Below, piece by piece: positions 46,168 through 60,073 of a stretch of DNA of 64,000 bases. A program made the position numbers and the translations under genes. Under the pieces are notes generated by a model. That model searched no databases. It was given only the letters and a program-made list of their open reading frames with translations, and was not told the origin of the DNA. Numbering within the stretch: position 1 is the first letter of the stretch; every line of letters starts with the position of its first letter. Origin of the DNA: the human T2T-CHM13v2.0 reference genome, Homo sapiens; the NCBI RefSeq assembly GCF_009914755.1, contig NC_060932.1. One strand, 5' to 3'.

Positions 46168-47914
46168 AACAGATCATTTTAATTCCCTGCTGGACCATCT
46201 TGAGATGCTGCTCAACCACTTTTTATTTGTTTTGGGGAGGAGGAGTCACCTTCATGTCTAGAACCTCACTGAAAGGCTTGTAGCTGGAAGCATAGCCGAG
46301 GGTCCTTGCTGAGATGCCAGCTTCTGTTTGTGAAATGCACATACCAGGTTAATGGTGTCTCTTCTTTAGGAGCGAGGGCAGCTGGGCCCTGGGTCGGGCT
46401 TACAGAAGGGTGTCCACTGAGGTGTACTAGGGCCTCACACAGGTTCTGACCTTCTCACGCTGTCTACGATACATCTTTGACAGGAATGACACAATCTAAG
46501 ACTTTTCCATAAAATTCTACATAAGTGAAAACTTACATTGGAAGAAATTTATGGTCCAGAAAAACATCCTGTTTCCAAGCCAGTGTGCATGCTTCTGAGC
46601 CCTTTGCTGGGTTCCTGAGGCCATCCTGCCGGCTGTGTCCTGGTTGTGCCTGCCTGGGTTTGTCTGTCTCTGTCCAGTGTCAGGAATCCTCAGACCTTTC
46701 TGAAAAAGGCCACCCCGCCGGCATTGTGCCAACTCTTTCTGCAGCCTGGCATGGGTCTGTCTTCCCTGCAGGGTGGCTTCAGGCTTTGCTGCCCTTTGCT
46801 CACCCCCTGCCTCTCCAGGGTCCATGCTGAGTTAGGCTCACGAGGAAAGAGGCCGTCCTTCCAGCACGTAGGTCACCTCAGGTGAAACCAGAGAAGTCCA
46901 CAGGTCTGAACTTGGAGACGGGCAACCAGTGTCGTGTTGTGTCAACAACACAACTGCTAGAGGGAGAACCTGATTCTTTGACCTTGCCTTTTACTCTGCT
47001 GACAACTAAAGGAAAAGAACTAATCTGGTGTTTAAAACAGTGTATTTTTACAATGTATCTGCCAACATAATCCAGGGGGTTCAGAAAGCTGTTGGTGCTT
47101 TGAGCTGTCACACATCCCCAGGAGAAACAAGAAGAGAAATAATCTGAATGGGAGGGGGTGAGGGGAGAAAGAGAGACAGGGGAGGAAGGATGGAAGGGAG
47201 GGAGGATGGGAGGGAGGGGAAAATGAAGTGAGTATACTAATATCCTAAGCTAAGGAAGAATAAAAAAAGCCTGGAATTTAGGTAAAGTAGCACATTTCAT
47301 GTGGACGAAAACACCAGTACAGCCATTTCTTTCTCATCTGGACTCAGATATATGCTGCCGTAATGGGGATAAGGAGATGAGTTTAGAAGCCAAATTTGTG
47401 ATGAGTTGCCATGGCAATGGGTAGAAGCAGACTCCATATTCTGAAAAAGAACTGAGTAGTGTATGCACTGAATGTGCTTTCCCTTATACGGCCTCAGTGC
47501 CTGGAGCCATCGTGCCATTAGTAGCTTGGAAAGGGGGGGCCGTCATGTGGGAAAGGGAAGGAAGAAATGGATTCTGAACCCTTCCTTTGTACCAGGTACT
47601 TTGCTAATCTTTTAAAAGTTCTATCTCTCTTACACTTTGTAATAACTGTCAGCCTTACCTTGAAGGTTTGCCTTGCGGTCCCCCAGAATTTCATCAACAC
47701 TTGGAATTGGCTGTTTGCCTAAGTGTTTCGTAAGGGAAAACCCAATGCTGTATTTCCCAAGCTCAGCCGATGCCCATGCTGACTTCAGGTTAACTGTGCT
47801 GAACTATGAGGCAGTGAAAGGCAGCCTGGGAATGAGCGCGCTCTCCTGGCTTTTCTGTAACGTGATGGTGACCCTGGAGGGCCGGGGCATCACGTGTGCT
47901 GTTGATGATTGCAG

Positions 47915-48134
47915 GTGAGCGAGGCGGAGATCAATGGGCAATTCGAGTCCGTGTGCGAGTCCGTCTTCAGTGAAGTTGAATCTCAGGCCATGGATGCCCT
48001 CGACCTCCCGGGATGTTTCCGAACAAGGAGTCACAGCTACCTTCGAGCCATTCAAGCCGGCTACTCCCAAGATGACGAATGTATTCCCATGATGACACCC
48101 TCTGACATCACCTCCACCATCAGGTCAACAGCAG
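47915..48134 (+). CDS. DLGAP2: DLGAP2 (SAPAP2) internal coding exon, 220 nt
   Basis: gcag acceptor, cag|gtaagg donor; in frame with the previous exon; VSEAEINGQFESVCESVFSEVESQAMDALDLPGCFRTRSHSYLRAIQAGYSQDDECIPM... typical SAPAP/GKAP repeat region. Confidence 0.93.
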
Positions 48135-51100
48135 GTAAGGGGACGCCATTTTCAGCCTTCCAGCGGGGACTCTAGAGGCATACCTGTCTTCATCCTAGAA
48201 GGAGCGAGCAGCACACAGCACCACAGTACAATGTACTCTCCTGACATCTAGTAACGTTTCCTAATTGCATGTGTTACACTGTCACATTCGCAAGGGTGTT
48301 TTGTCTCTTGTAGATAACCTTTCTTTTTCTTAGAATGAAATCTACTCATTAGCAAGTTTCCTTAAAATAATCAAGTGTAACTTGTGTAAAGTTTTAGAGA
48401 GGAGAAAGAAATGGAAGTGCTAGCATTTGGAAGGTGATTAAGTTTTAAATACCAAAGTTTAATGGATTGCAGTGAGATTTCTGCTGATGCGCAGTGACTC
48501 TCAGGCTGCCCTGTAGTGACGTCCAGCCGGTCTCTTGCTCAGTAAGCAGATCTGTAAACATGACTCACCGCCGCTAAGCAGGTCCATCATTAATGCAGAT
48601 GCACTAACTATCTTAGAGCTCCGAAGACTCAGTCTCGCAATTTCCTTTAGTTCTCATGGAAAACCATACCCACCCCTTTGAAAATTTACCGCCCAACCTA
48701 AATATCACTGCCTAATATTTTACTGCCTAATATGTTATTATTTCTATAACACGATGAATACACATGGCCTAGAGAAACCCATAAAACACAGCAAGCAATA
48801 AAAGCTCGAGGCGCCGCACATAGAGGTTAAGGAAAGGAGCTATAAAAAAACATAGTGTTGGGGACTGAGGTGTTCTGAATACCAGAGGGCTTGGAATGCT
48901 GCAGCTGTATCTTAGAAATTTAAAGGACAGCTCCGAGGGGAAATAGAACAAAGCTATGTTCATGATGAATAGCATTAGGAACAGCAGACACATAACAGGA
49001 GAGAAGCAAAGAGAAATTCAGGCAGGAGTGTGTCATCATACCTGTGAATAGGTCTTGGTTTGTTTCAATGCTAAAGTGAACAAGAAATCCAGGAGATTGC
49101 ACTTTGCAGAATTAGAAATTGCAGTCGGCACTATCATTGCACTTTGTGTAGAAAGTATTTCATAGTAGAGTCTGTGGATGGAAGGGAAGGAACTGTGTTC
49201 AAACCGTGTTCCATCATGTCCTCGCTGCAAGAACTTAGGCTTGTTAACGTTTCTGACTCTTGGTTTCTGCGGTATTCAAGAGAAGCTGTAGCCATAGATA
49301 ATTTATTTGCATAAATTTAAAGATTATTTTTCAAAGAAAGCTGTGGATCCTCGGTGTGCTTTTTATGTGGTAGATATTTCTTCAATGCTGGCACCACTGA
49401 GCCGGGGGCTTCGGGAGAAAGGCAACAGATCCTGGCTCTCTGGCTCCCAGCAGGGCTTTCTGTACGAGGGAGGGTGGTGCCCAGGACCCACCCAAGGGAA
49501 ATCCACAGGCTGACAACACATCCCCCAGGTGCAGCCACCGGGCAGCTGTGGGCACCCTGCGTAGCCTCCTGTTTTCCTCTGGTTTGGCCGGTTCTGCTCA
49601 CTCCTGCCCCTTGGTGAAGTCCTGGGCCAGTTCTCATGCTCTGTCCTGATGTGAACATTGAACAAATTAGAATCAGGGAAGTAATGAGATTTACAATGAT
49701 TGCATTGAAAAACAGCGGTCCAAGAGATCATTACTCATACTTTCAGCAGTATTTGTTTACTGTCTCTTAGGAGCAAGTAAACAATTAAGAACTTTCATAG
49801 TCTTCAGAAATGCTTTGAAACAATCATTACCTCGTAGAAAAGGACTTTATTGTTTTTAGGACTGTCATTATAGAGAGAATAAAAATAAAACAGATTTCAC
49901 AGAGATAAGAACCAGTTCTGAGCTCAGACTAAAATTTTAATTTATATGTATACAATGTTTACCATGTATATTTTGTATTCCAAAAATACACCTACCAAAT
50001 AAATTACAAAAAAAAGATTCCATTCAGAGTTTCTACCGGATCTTGGCCCAGTTTTGAGTCAGAATTTCCTCTAGGTGATGCAGGGGACTGTCCAAGTTAT
50101 GTGACATCTGAGAATCAAATGAGAAAAGAAATGAAAAGCACTAGGGGAAATACTTAGCACTGTAGGATTACAAGTTACCCTTGTGAAGAAATAAAAGTAC
50201 AGATTAATCATTAACCTCTGCTGTTTCCCATTTTACTCTAAGTATTGTATATTAGTTATTTAAATCTTTATTTACTAAATAAAATTTAGATGACATGCAA
50301 TATAGTCTATTTAGCAAGATTATGGAAAAATACCAAAGAAATGAAAACTCCCAGTCTGGGAAAACAAAATTATGGAGGAAAACTATCAACATGTACGGGA
50401 TGTAGGTGCCTCGATAATTGTGATAGCTGAACTTCAAATTTCATCCAAAGTTTCCTGTCCGTGAGTCAGGCGGATTTCAAAAATTTTCTACTTAAATACT
50501 TCTGACTTTTGTATTTAAATACTTGGAAATTGATATCCTAGCACTACGTTCAATAGCTGTCATTTACTGATCCATGTATACATGTGTGTATGTGTGCGTG
50601 TGTGGTGTATGGGGAGAGAGGTTATTTTGACAGATTGATTTTCTTTTATGATTTTCTGTCTAAAACTAGCTCATGAAAATAATTCCAAAGAGTTATTTTT
50701 GAAAACATTCCAAAGTGAGTACCTTGAAGAACGAGATTTATTTAAACACATTACTTTATGCAGGCTCAAAAGGTAAAAGTTGATGTTATTATTAGATTAT
50801 TTCACCTTGTATAACTACAAATGTATAATATTCATATAATAATAAATATTGAATATATGCATGAAAGATGTATTGAGAACTTAAAAATACATCTTAGACC
50901 ATCTGTTTTAAACATGGACAGGTTGAGGTTCCCAGAGGACGTCTGTTGGTTTGGGGACACCCCAGTTCACCTGCTTTTTCACTCAACCTTTAAAGGCAGC
51001 TGGTGATCGAGCTGAGACAGACCCTTTTAATCTAATCACCAGGGAACTCCAGTAAGAACAGAATACCCTGTGAGGCGGTGTGAGCCACGCATATAAACGT

Positions 51101-53256
51101 TCCTTCGTCCCACCGTTTCTCTCATTATGAAAAACACTGCATATTGATTAGTGTCCTCCCCTTAAATGAAGTGGTTTTGAAAACATCTAACTCATTTCAC
51201 ACATGGTTTCTTTCTCATCTGGGAAATTATTTATCGGATTGCTTTACTTGTCCAAATATGCATCTCACCCGATTTTTCTAGGGAGGGAATATTATTGATA
51301 TTGTGAAGGAAAATGGTGTAAAATTAGATTATAATGATTTTTCTCTGGGCCGGAAATTTTCTCAACATATGATACAACTGATTCTAGAAGTCATTAAAAC
51401 AAAGGGAAAACCTATAGAAAGCATGGCAGAGGAAACAGCCACAGACTTATTTTATTATTTATATTTCTATAGCAACTTGTCTCTCAAGGGTACATAGTAA
51501 TTCCATTTCCAAGATACATACTTGCCAACATAGAGGAGAAAAATTATCTCTATATTTCAGTACCTTGAATATAAGAGGTAGAATAACTGTTTTTCAATAC
51601 TATGATTTTTGTTGCTTTTTTAAAATTTTACTTCTTTGCTGACCTTCCTCAGTTTGAATAAATATGACTATGTATTTGATTCTCCCATTTTTAGTCTTTT
51701 ACAATAAAAGACAGTGTTTTACTTAATTTTATCTTGTCACAAAGAGTGGATTTTCAGGCGTGTGAGCCTGGGGAAATTTTCATCGTGGACTAAACTTGTT
51801 GCCTCAACCTTCTTCTGATACCAGGACCTGGTACCGTCGAGTTACTGTGTAACTGATATGCAAGTTTGCCTGACAAGATGGTGAGAACATATTTTAAAAC
51901 TTGAATTTGAAAAAGTAGAGAATTTAAAGGAAAAGAAACTGAAAATGGATGTCAGCTGGGCTGATCATAAAACGTTTTGGCCAATAGAGTAAAGGTGATT
52001 TGAAATCACAAAATACCGCAGGGCATATTCAGGTGTGTTGGGACACACAGGCACCACTTGGTAAACCCGGCCGATGGCTGCCGAGTGCGCAGCACCCCAG
52101 GTTGGAGGGAGGAGGTGCACCCCAGAGGAGGAATACCCGTCTGGCCGCCGGCTGGCTCCGCAGGCAGGATGTCTCTGCAGACGTGCTTGCTCGGGGACCA
52201 GGTGTGCAGTGTGCAGCCTTTCCAGGTCCACATACCTCTGACCGGGCCCTTCACCCTCCTATCCTCCTTTCCCAGAGGGCTGGCAAGGAGGCCCTGCAGC
52301 CAGCTTCCCTGCGGAGTTAAAATAAAACACGCTATATGGGGAAAGGCTTTGGGAAGGACATTTAGCTCTTTACTGGAAAAATGAGCAGCTGGAGGTTCTG
52401 TGAGCCACAAAATCTGAAAACCAGAAGATTCCTCCAAACACGTCTTCTCCTTGGATCTGTCACTCTGACACAAGGGCTTTACAAATAGGCTCAGAAACTG
52501 TTGCGCGGGGCTCTCAGATGCATAGCCTCAGGTCATAGCTTTCCATAAGTCAACAGCTATGCACTGCGAGGACCAGCCTGCACACCCCACAAAGGCAACA
52601 AAAAGCTGCGTTTCAGTAAACAAATGACCAGAGGAAATGAATGAAAAAAGTCACACATGATCACTTTCCGTTTTAGAAATGTAAAAAATGAACTAGAATA
52701 AAGAACAATCATCTTATATGCCAATTGAAGATTCTAAAGAAAAGATCAAATTACATTTATGTCGTAAGCATTTATTAAGTGTTTGCTGTGTGCCGGCCGC
52801 TGCGCTAAGTGCTCTGAATCCAGAAGCACTGAAGTCCTGAGCATTGGCCCCGAAGGCCTAAAGTCTGGAAACAGTTGCAGTTGAAGAGCTCGTCAGCCAT
52901 GGCACACCTGCTGGGTGCTGTGAGATGTGTGTGGATGGCTCTGGAAACCCAGGGGAAAGCCAGCACTGCAGCAGCGTCCGGGAGGCCTTCCGCCTGCAGG
53001 AAGAGTTGAGAGGCTTCAGGGCTGGGCAGCAGAAACCCAGGGAGAGGGAGGTGCCAGCCTGAAGTAATGACAAACGTCCCGAAAACCGCTGGGCACCTCA
53101 GCTCTGGGATTCGCAGGGCACCCGGCCTGGAGGGAGAGGCTGGAAGGCAGGACGGATGGGGGACATGAGCTGAGAGGGACATCCATGCTGCACCTGTAGT
53201 ACTTGCACCTGCAGAATTCGGAGGTCACTGGAGGACTCTAAGCAGGAGAGGGATCT

Positions 53257-53585
53257 GTGGCTGAGTTGTGTTCCCCGGACTTGGTGCTGAACCCTAATCC
53301 CAGGACCTGAGAATGTGACTGCGTTTCAGACAGACCCTTCGAAGAGGTGACCAGGTAGAATGAGGTCACAGGGGGCCCAAATCCAATCTGTCCGGTGTCC
53401 TTATAAGAAGAGGAGATGAGGACACAGACATGCAGGAAGGGACCAGCTTGTGAGGACCCGGGGAGAAGACGGCATGTGCACACCCAGGAGAGGCCTCAGT
53501 TTTCCCAGCGCCTTGGTCTGGGACTCACAGCCTCCATGACATGAATCAATGTTGCTCTGTTACGGCAGCACGGGAGGACTAACAC
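53257..53585 (+). mobile_element. MaLR LTR (MLT1/MST-like)
   Basis: gaatgtgact...aatccaat...ggtgtccttataagaagaggaga motifs. Confidence 0.7.
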
Positions 53586-54679
53586 GGGGGCCAGAGTCAT
53601 GTTATAATGAAGACCCGCGGCCCGGCCGTACTGCAGAAGAGCACGGAGAAGACAGCTCCTCAAATAGCACAGGTGAGAAGGGATGAGGCCGGGCTGTGCC
53701 AGGCACAGGTGCAGGAATGGCTTTCAGAGGGAGCTCCAGGGGCTCCCGGCTGAGCTCTGGGGAGCCGTGAAGAGGCTTTTAAGAGGCCTCCTGCCCCAGC
53801 CGTGGATGAGGCCCAGAAAGCCAGCATGCAGGCAGGGAGTCTCCAGGACTTCATCCAGGAAGCTGGGTCTCCCGGGGAGTCCAGGAGGAGAGGCCGTAAT
53901 GATGGCTCCATTTAGGGACAGACGCAGAGAAGGCAGCGGATGCATGCAGATCCCAGCGATGGGGCTGTGCCGTTGTCTCCTCCTGCTGAAGCAACAGGAT
54001 GGAGGTGATGCTGTTGCAGCCCAGAGAGCTGGGTCATGGAGTGCAGGTAAAAGAAGGGATGGCCAGTACAACCGGGGAGCCGGGATGGATTGGGATGAAG
54101 TGCCCAACAGCCCTCTCCAGCTGCTGCCTCTCAGCAGCCGAAGCCAACAGGGCCCAGCCCACAGGTGCCGAGTAGTTCAGATGTGTTGAGCTGAGGGTCC
54201 CATGACTTGCTAACCCAACTTCAAGAAGAGGTGTGGAGGTCGAGGCTGGAGGTGCGGTCCAGAGCCATGGAGCCACCCCCGAACAGGAGGGTATAGAAAG
54301 AGAAGAGGCCTGAGACCAGAGCCCACAGCGTCAGCATCGTGGGGAGAAGGGGCCTCCAGAAGGAGCAGTGGAAAGGTGGGAGCCAGGAGGGATGGGGAGG
54401 GGCCACGGAGGGGAGTTCAACACTGCCCCAGTTCACCACAGTGGGAACAGAGGCTGTCCCTGGGTCTTGGCAGTGTGGGCAGAGTCCTGGAAGGCTGCTG
54501 CGAGGCCTGAATTGTGCAGCCCCTCTATGCGGAGCAGCAGGGGTCCTGTGCCACCCCCGACCCAGGGTAAGCCCAGGTTCCTGGTGTCCATAAGCCCTGC
54601 ACAAATTCAGCACAGCGGAGACCCCTGTGGGTCCTCCCAGAGACGGGCCTGGACTGAGGAACCCCTACAAAGCAGGTGT

Positions 54680-55137
54680 GTTTGTCTCATATTTGCAGCT
54701 GTAAAAATGGTCACAAGCCCTATGGTCTCCAGCAGCACAGATGTGCCGTCTCACAGTCACAGAGGTTAGAAGTCTAAAGTAGGTTCTGTGGGGCTAGCGT
54801 CAAACATCAGGTCGTTCTGGAGGCTTCCGGGGAGCCCGCTCCTTGCCTCCTCAAGCTTCTGGAGTTCTCTGCCGTCCTTGGCTGCGGGCCACATGGCTCC
54901 AGCCTGGGCCTCCATTGTCCAAGCCTCCTCGTCTGACTCTGACCCCCTCCCTTCCTCATGTAAGGACCCTGGGGATAACACTGGGCCCACTGGGATGATC
55001 CAGGATCATCTCCCCATCTCAAAATCCTGAATTTACTCACATCTGCAAAGTCCCTTTTGCCACATAAAGTACCATGGTCACAGGTTCTGGGGACTAGGAT
55101 GCGGACATTTTTGGAGGGGCGTTATTCTGTTTACCAT
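54680..55137 (-). mobile_element. MaLR LTR (MLT1C/D-like)
   Basis: atccaggatcatctccccatctcaaaatcct...cacatctgcaaagtcccttttgcca motifs. Confidence 0.7.
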
Positions 55138-56956
55138 AGTAGGTTTTGGTAAATACTGGTAGAGTGCATGAATGAATGAGGTCTTCTCTGAAACCGAGCC
55201 CAGTATAAATGGTGACATCCTTCAGGCACTGACCCAAGGGGAACCCATTTCTCTTCTAGGAGTATTACACAAATCCTTGTCGTAAATCCAGGTTGATCCT
55301 GATGAAGAGGAGCCAAATCTGGCTCGGGCTGATGGACGCTGTGTGCAGGCTCAGAGTTCACCCTGGGAAGCCCAGGTGTGCTGCCCCGTGGGTCCTCAGT
55401 GTCAGACCTGCTGCTGAAGGGAAGCCCAGGCGTGCTGTCCCATGGGTCCTCAGTGTCAGACCTGCTGCTGACATCACGTCTCCAACCCCGCAGCACAGCG
55501 TAGTCCAAATGCCAGAAACCTGGCAACAACGATATCGTGCGGGAGTCGGTCCGAGATGTCCCAGGGAATCTGAACGTCTTCCCAGCCGCTCAGGATGTCT
55601 CTGATTGTCATGATCCCCATTAGAACGTCTCAGAAACTGCCAACCACCATGGCTTCCATGAAGCCCCAAGAATCCTTCAGCAAAGCTCCATGTTGCAAAC
55701 TAAAGCCCAGGGTGTGCATCATGAAGACGCCATCCCTGTGTCCCGGGTTCAGAGGCTTGTACCCGGGACTCGGGCATGAGACCCCATTACGGGCCTGAGC
55801 ACAGCACCAAGACCGTCAAACGCTAAAAACAGGCACAGGTGGAAGTCTCACGTGGCCCGCCCCCCCGCATCTAGACTTGTGTTTTACAGTAAATGACGAA
55901 ATGCAGTCCAGATACCTAAAAGATGAAAACTAATCTTTGTGATTTTCATTGTCTTTGATTTATTTGAACTACAGCCAAAGCCTTATGTACTTTATCCGTT
56001 GTGCGCTAAGCCTATAGGATGAGTGGATGAAAGCCGGTTGGCCCTGGGGACCGGTAGGGAGAAGCCGTGGCAGAGCACAGTCTCTGCGGAGAGGAGGGAG
56101 ACCCAAGCTCTCCTGGCTGTGGGGAAGGAGAAGCCCTGGGAGACACGGGTAAGGGTCGGGTGTCGGAGTTAGGACAGGAGCCCCTGGTCTGTGCTGTAGA
56201 GAAGGAGTGGAACCAGCTCCCAGTAAGGGTTTCCAAAGGTTAAATACTTGACACCTCTGTCTAGAACAGACATGACAGACGAATCACGTGCCTCCCGGTT
56301 TGCAGAAGGCGAGCGTGATGCAGATAAATCGTGCATCTGTATCAGGAACTGCATATGTAAGCCAGAATTGCTCGGGTGAGAACAAATGTGTTCATAAAGA
56401 TTTTCCCCAAGTGTGTAGCCTGCTCTTCCCTTCAAAACCACCGTTTTCAAGTAATTTGTGTCCTTCTCTTATAAAATCCTCCTGTCTGCGTACTTAGACT
56501 GGAATTACAACATGAATGCTGGGATGATCTCCCAGGTAATGAGATTTCAAGATGAAGCTGTCATTGAACAAGTGAACTTGTCTAGACGAATTAATCATAA
56601 TACGAATGAAACTAGAGCCACGGGTTCCTGACTCATAGTCCAGGGCTCTTGCAGTTGACAACGATCTGCGTCTGTCCTATGGCTCTGTCTCTTCCCTGAA
56701 GTAGGGGTACATTTGGAGGGACATGTGTATGGGGATGGAGTCAGAAGTCCAGTGAGGACTTCCACATTGTTGTCCTAAGAGTAACAGTTACTGTAAGAAA
56801 GGATTCCTAATTGGTCATTTAACATCTTATCACCCAGAAAAGTAATGGCTGAAATAAATAATTGATGCTTGCATAAGTCAGTAGGTGAATAAATTAGTCA
56901 TTTCAGGTTTTCAGATATTGTGGAGATGGAAGTACTGTTGAATCTGCCTCCCATAC

Positions 56957-59038
56957 CCCTCGAACCCGCCGGTCCTCACCTGTGTCACCCTCGACCCCGC
57001 CGGCCCTCACCTGTGTCACCCTCGACCCCGCCGGTCCTCACCTGTGTCACCCTCGACCCCGCCGGTCCCCACCTGTGTCACCCTCGACCCCGCTGGTCCT
57101 CACCTGTGTCACCCTCGACCCCGCCGGCCCCCACCTGTGTCACCCTCGACCCCGCCGGCCCTCACCTGTGTCACCCTCGAACCCACCGGCCCTCACCTGT
57201 GTCACCCTCGACCCCGCCGGTCCTCACCTGTGTCACCCTCGAACCCGCCGGCCCTCACCTGTGTCACCCTCGACCCCGCCGGCCCTCACCTGTGTCACCC
57301 TCGAACCCGCCGGCCCCCACCTGTGTCACCCTCGACCCCGCCGGCCCTCACCTGTGTCACCCTCGAACCCGCCGGCCCTCACCTGTGTCACCCTCGACCC
57401 CGCCGGTCCTCACCTGTGTCACCCTCGACCCCGCCGGTCCCCACCTGTGTCACCCTCCAACCCGCCGGTCCTCACCTGTGTCACCCTCGACCCCGCCGGT
57501 CCTCACCTGTGTCACCCTCGACCCCGCCGGTCCCCACCTGTGTCACCCTCGACCCCGCTGGTCCTCACCTGTGTCACCCTCGACCCCGCCGGCCCCCACC
57601 TGTGTCACCCTCGACCCCGCCGGCCCTCACCTGTGTCACCCTCGACCCCGCCGGCCCTCACCTGTGTCACCCTCGACCCCGCCGGCCCTCACCTGTGTCA
57701 CCCTCCAACCCGCCGGCCCTCACCTGTGTCACCCTCGACCCCGCCGGCCCTCACCTGTGTCACCCTCGACCCCGCCGGCCCTCACCTGTGTCACCCTCGA
57801 CCCCGCCGGCCCCCACCTGTGTCACCCTCGACCCCGCCGGCCCTCACCTGTGTCACCCTCGAACCCGCCGGCCCTCACCTGTGTCACCCTCGACCCCGCC
57901 GGTCCTCACCTGTGTCACCCTCGACCCCGCCGGTCCCCACCTGTGTCACCCTCCAACCCGCCGGTCCTCACCTGTGTCACCCTCGACCCCGCCGGCCCTC
58001 ACCTGTGTCACCCTCGACCCCGCCGGCCCTCACCTGTGTCACCCTCCAACCCGCCGGCCCTCACCTGTGTCACCCTCGACCCCGCCGGCCCTCACCTGTG
58101 TCACCCTCGACCCCGCCGGTCCTCACCTGTGTCACCCTCGAACCCGCCGGCCCTCACCTGTGTCACCCTCGACCCCGCCGGTCCTCACCTGTGTCACCCT
58201 CGAACCCGCCGGCCCTCACCTGTGTCACCCTCGACCCCGCCGGCCCTCACCTGTGTCACCCTCGACCCCGCCGGCCCTCACCTGTGTCACCCTCGAACCC
58301 GCCGGTCCTCACCTGTGTCACCCTCGACCCCGCCGGCCCTCACCTGTGTCACCCTCGACCCCGCCGGCCCTCACCTGTGTCACCCTCCAACCCGCCGGCC
58401 CTCACCTGTGTCACCCTCGACCCCGCCGGCCCTCACCTGTGTCACCCTCGACCCCGCCGGCCCTCACCTGTGTCACCCTGGAACCCGCCGGCCCTCACCT
58501 GTGTCACCCTGGAACCCGCCAGCCCTCACCTGTGTCACCCTCGACCCCGCCGGTCCTCACCTGTGTCACCCTCGACCCCGCCGGCCCTCACCTGTGTCAC
58601 CCTGGAACCCGCCGGCCCTCACCTGTGTCACCCTGGAACCCGCCGGCCCTCACCTGTGTCACCCTCGACCCCGCCGGCCCTCACCTGTGTCACCCTGGAA
58701 CCCGCCGGCCCTCACCTGTGTCACCCTGGAACCCGCCGGTCCTCACCTGTGTCACCCTCGAACCCGCCGGTCCTCACCTGTGTCACCCTCGAACCCGCCG
58801 GTCCTCACCTGTGTCACCCTCGACCCCGCCGGCCCTCACCTGTGTCACCCTCCAACCCGCCGGTCCTCACCTGTGTCACCCTCGACCCCGCCGGCCCTCA
58901 CCTGTGTCACCCTCGACCCCGCCGGTCCTCACCTGTGTCACCCTCGACCCCGCCGGCCCTCACCTGTGTCACCCTCGAACCCGCCGGTCCTCACCTGTGT
59001 CACCCTCGACCCCGCCGGCCCTCACCTGTGTCACCCCT
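56957..59038. repeat. 31-bp C-rich, CpG-rich minisatellite (VNTR), ~67 copies
   Basis: Unit ccctcgaccccgccggccctcacctgtgtca, highly homogeneous with a few variant positions. Confidence 0.98.
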
Positions 59039-59862
59039 CGGGGCTGAAACCATTTTAAGTGCTCACCTGGGTGCCTCCTCAGCCTCCAGGGGCCTGGCAG
59101 GACTTCCCACCCACTCTCCATCCTGCCTGCAGGACATTCTTGCTAAAAAGGCAGCCTGACCCTAAGCCCGCCCGACCAAGAGCCTCGTCTCGGCTCTGTG
59201 CAAGAGCCAGAGGAGTGAAGACTGCCGTCCTCTGTGGGGTTGCAAACCCCAGTGACCCGGCCCCACCAGACGGCCCAGCTGCCCTCTCGCTCCCACCCGC
59301 TCCCAGCCAGTCTTCCTGAAATTCTCGCACCTCCATGCCTCTACGGCTGCTGCTCGTCGGCCCGCAGTTTCTTCCTTGAGTTTCTGCCTGAGTCCTAGCT
59401 GTGCTTTAAGCCCCAGCTCAGGAATCATTTCTTCAAGGAAGCGGCAGAGACGCGCTCCTGATCTGATCAGCGTCTGCACGAAGCACGGCTTCTGCTCCTT
59501 CCCACTCCCTGACCAGGAGCTCCAGCCACATAGCACATTTACTGAAACAAACAGAATCTCGATGTACATTTAAAATGTACTTATCTTTTAAAGACATAAA
59601 AACATTAGATGCCAAAATATCTAGGCCATGGCAGAGAATTATGTTTATTATTTGTATGCCATTACATTGTCTCAGGAATATATTTAAAATGTATTGACAC
59701 CATGGCTTTTACTCTAACAGGATGTTCGTCTAAAAAGCATTACATTAAAAACAAATTATTTAGATTCATAAAATTAAAAATATTCTGAAAACATTGAGAA
59801 AAAAATACTTTTGCTCTCTTAGGGAAAAAAAACTAGAGTGATGCTTTTAAATGAAATTACTT

Positions 59863-60050
59863 GCTGGGCACAGTGGCTCACGCCTGTAGTGCCAGCACTT
59901 TGGAAGGGTCACTTAAGGCCAGGCATTCAAGGTTAGAGAGAGCTCTGATGGCACCACAGCACTCTAGCCTGGGTGACAGCAAGACCATGTCTCTAATGAA
60001 TGAATCAAATGAATGAATCAAATGAATGAATCAGATGAATGAATGAATGA
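59863..60050 (+). mobile_element. Alu monomer/deleted Alu with (GAAT)n tail
   Basis: gctgggcacagtggctcacgcctg...ctagcctgggtgacagcaagacc followed by gaat repeats. Confidence 0.75.
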
Positions 60051-60073
60051 AACAGAATCATTCAACATCAGTA

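Noticed and set aside
45919-46283. Collagen-like GPP-repeat ORFs
   Set aside because: Translation artefact of the 30-bp minisatellite.
56920-59159. Three overlapping 667-725 aa Pro/Cys/His-rich ORFs
   Set aside because: The 31-bp unit has no stop codon in any + frame, so long ORFs are automatic; no sign of a gene.
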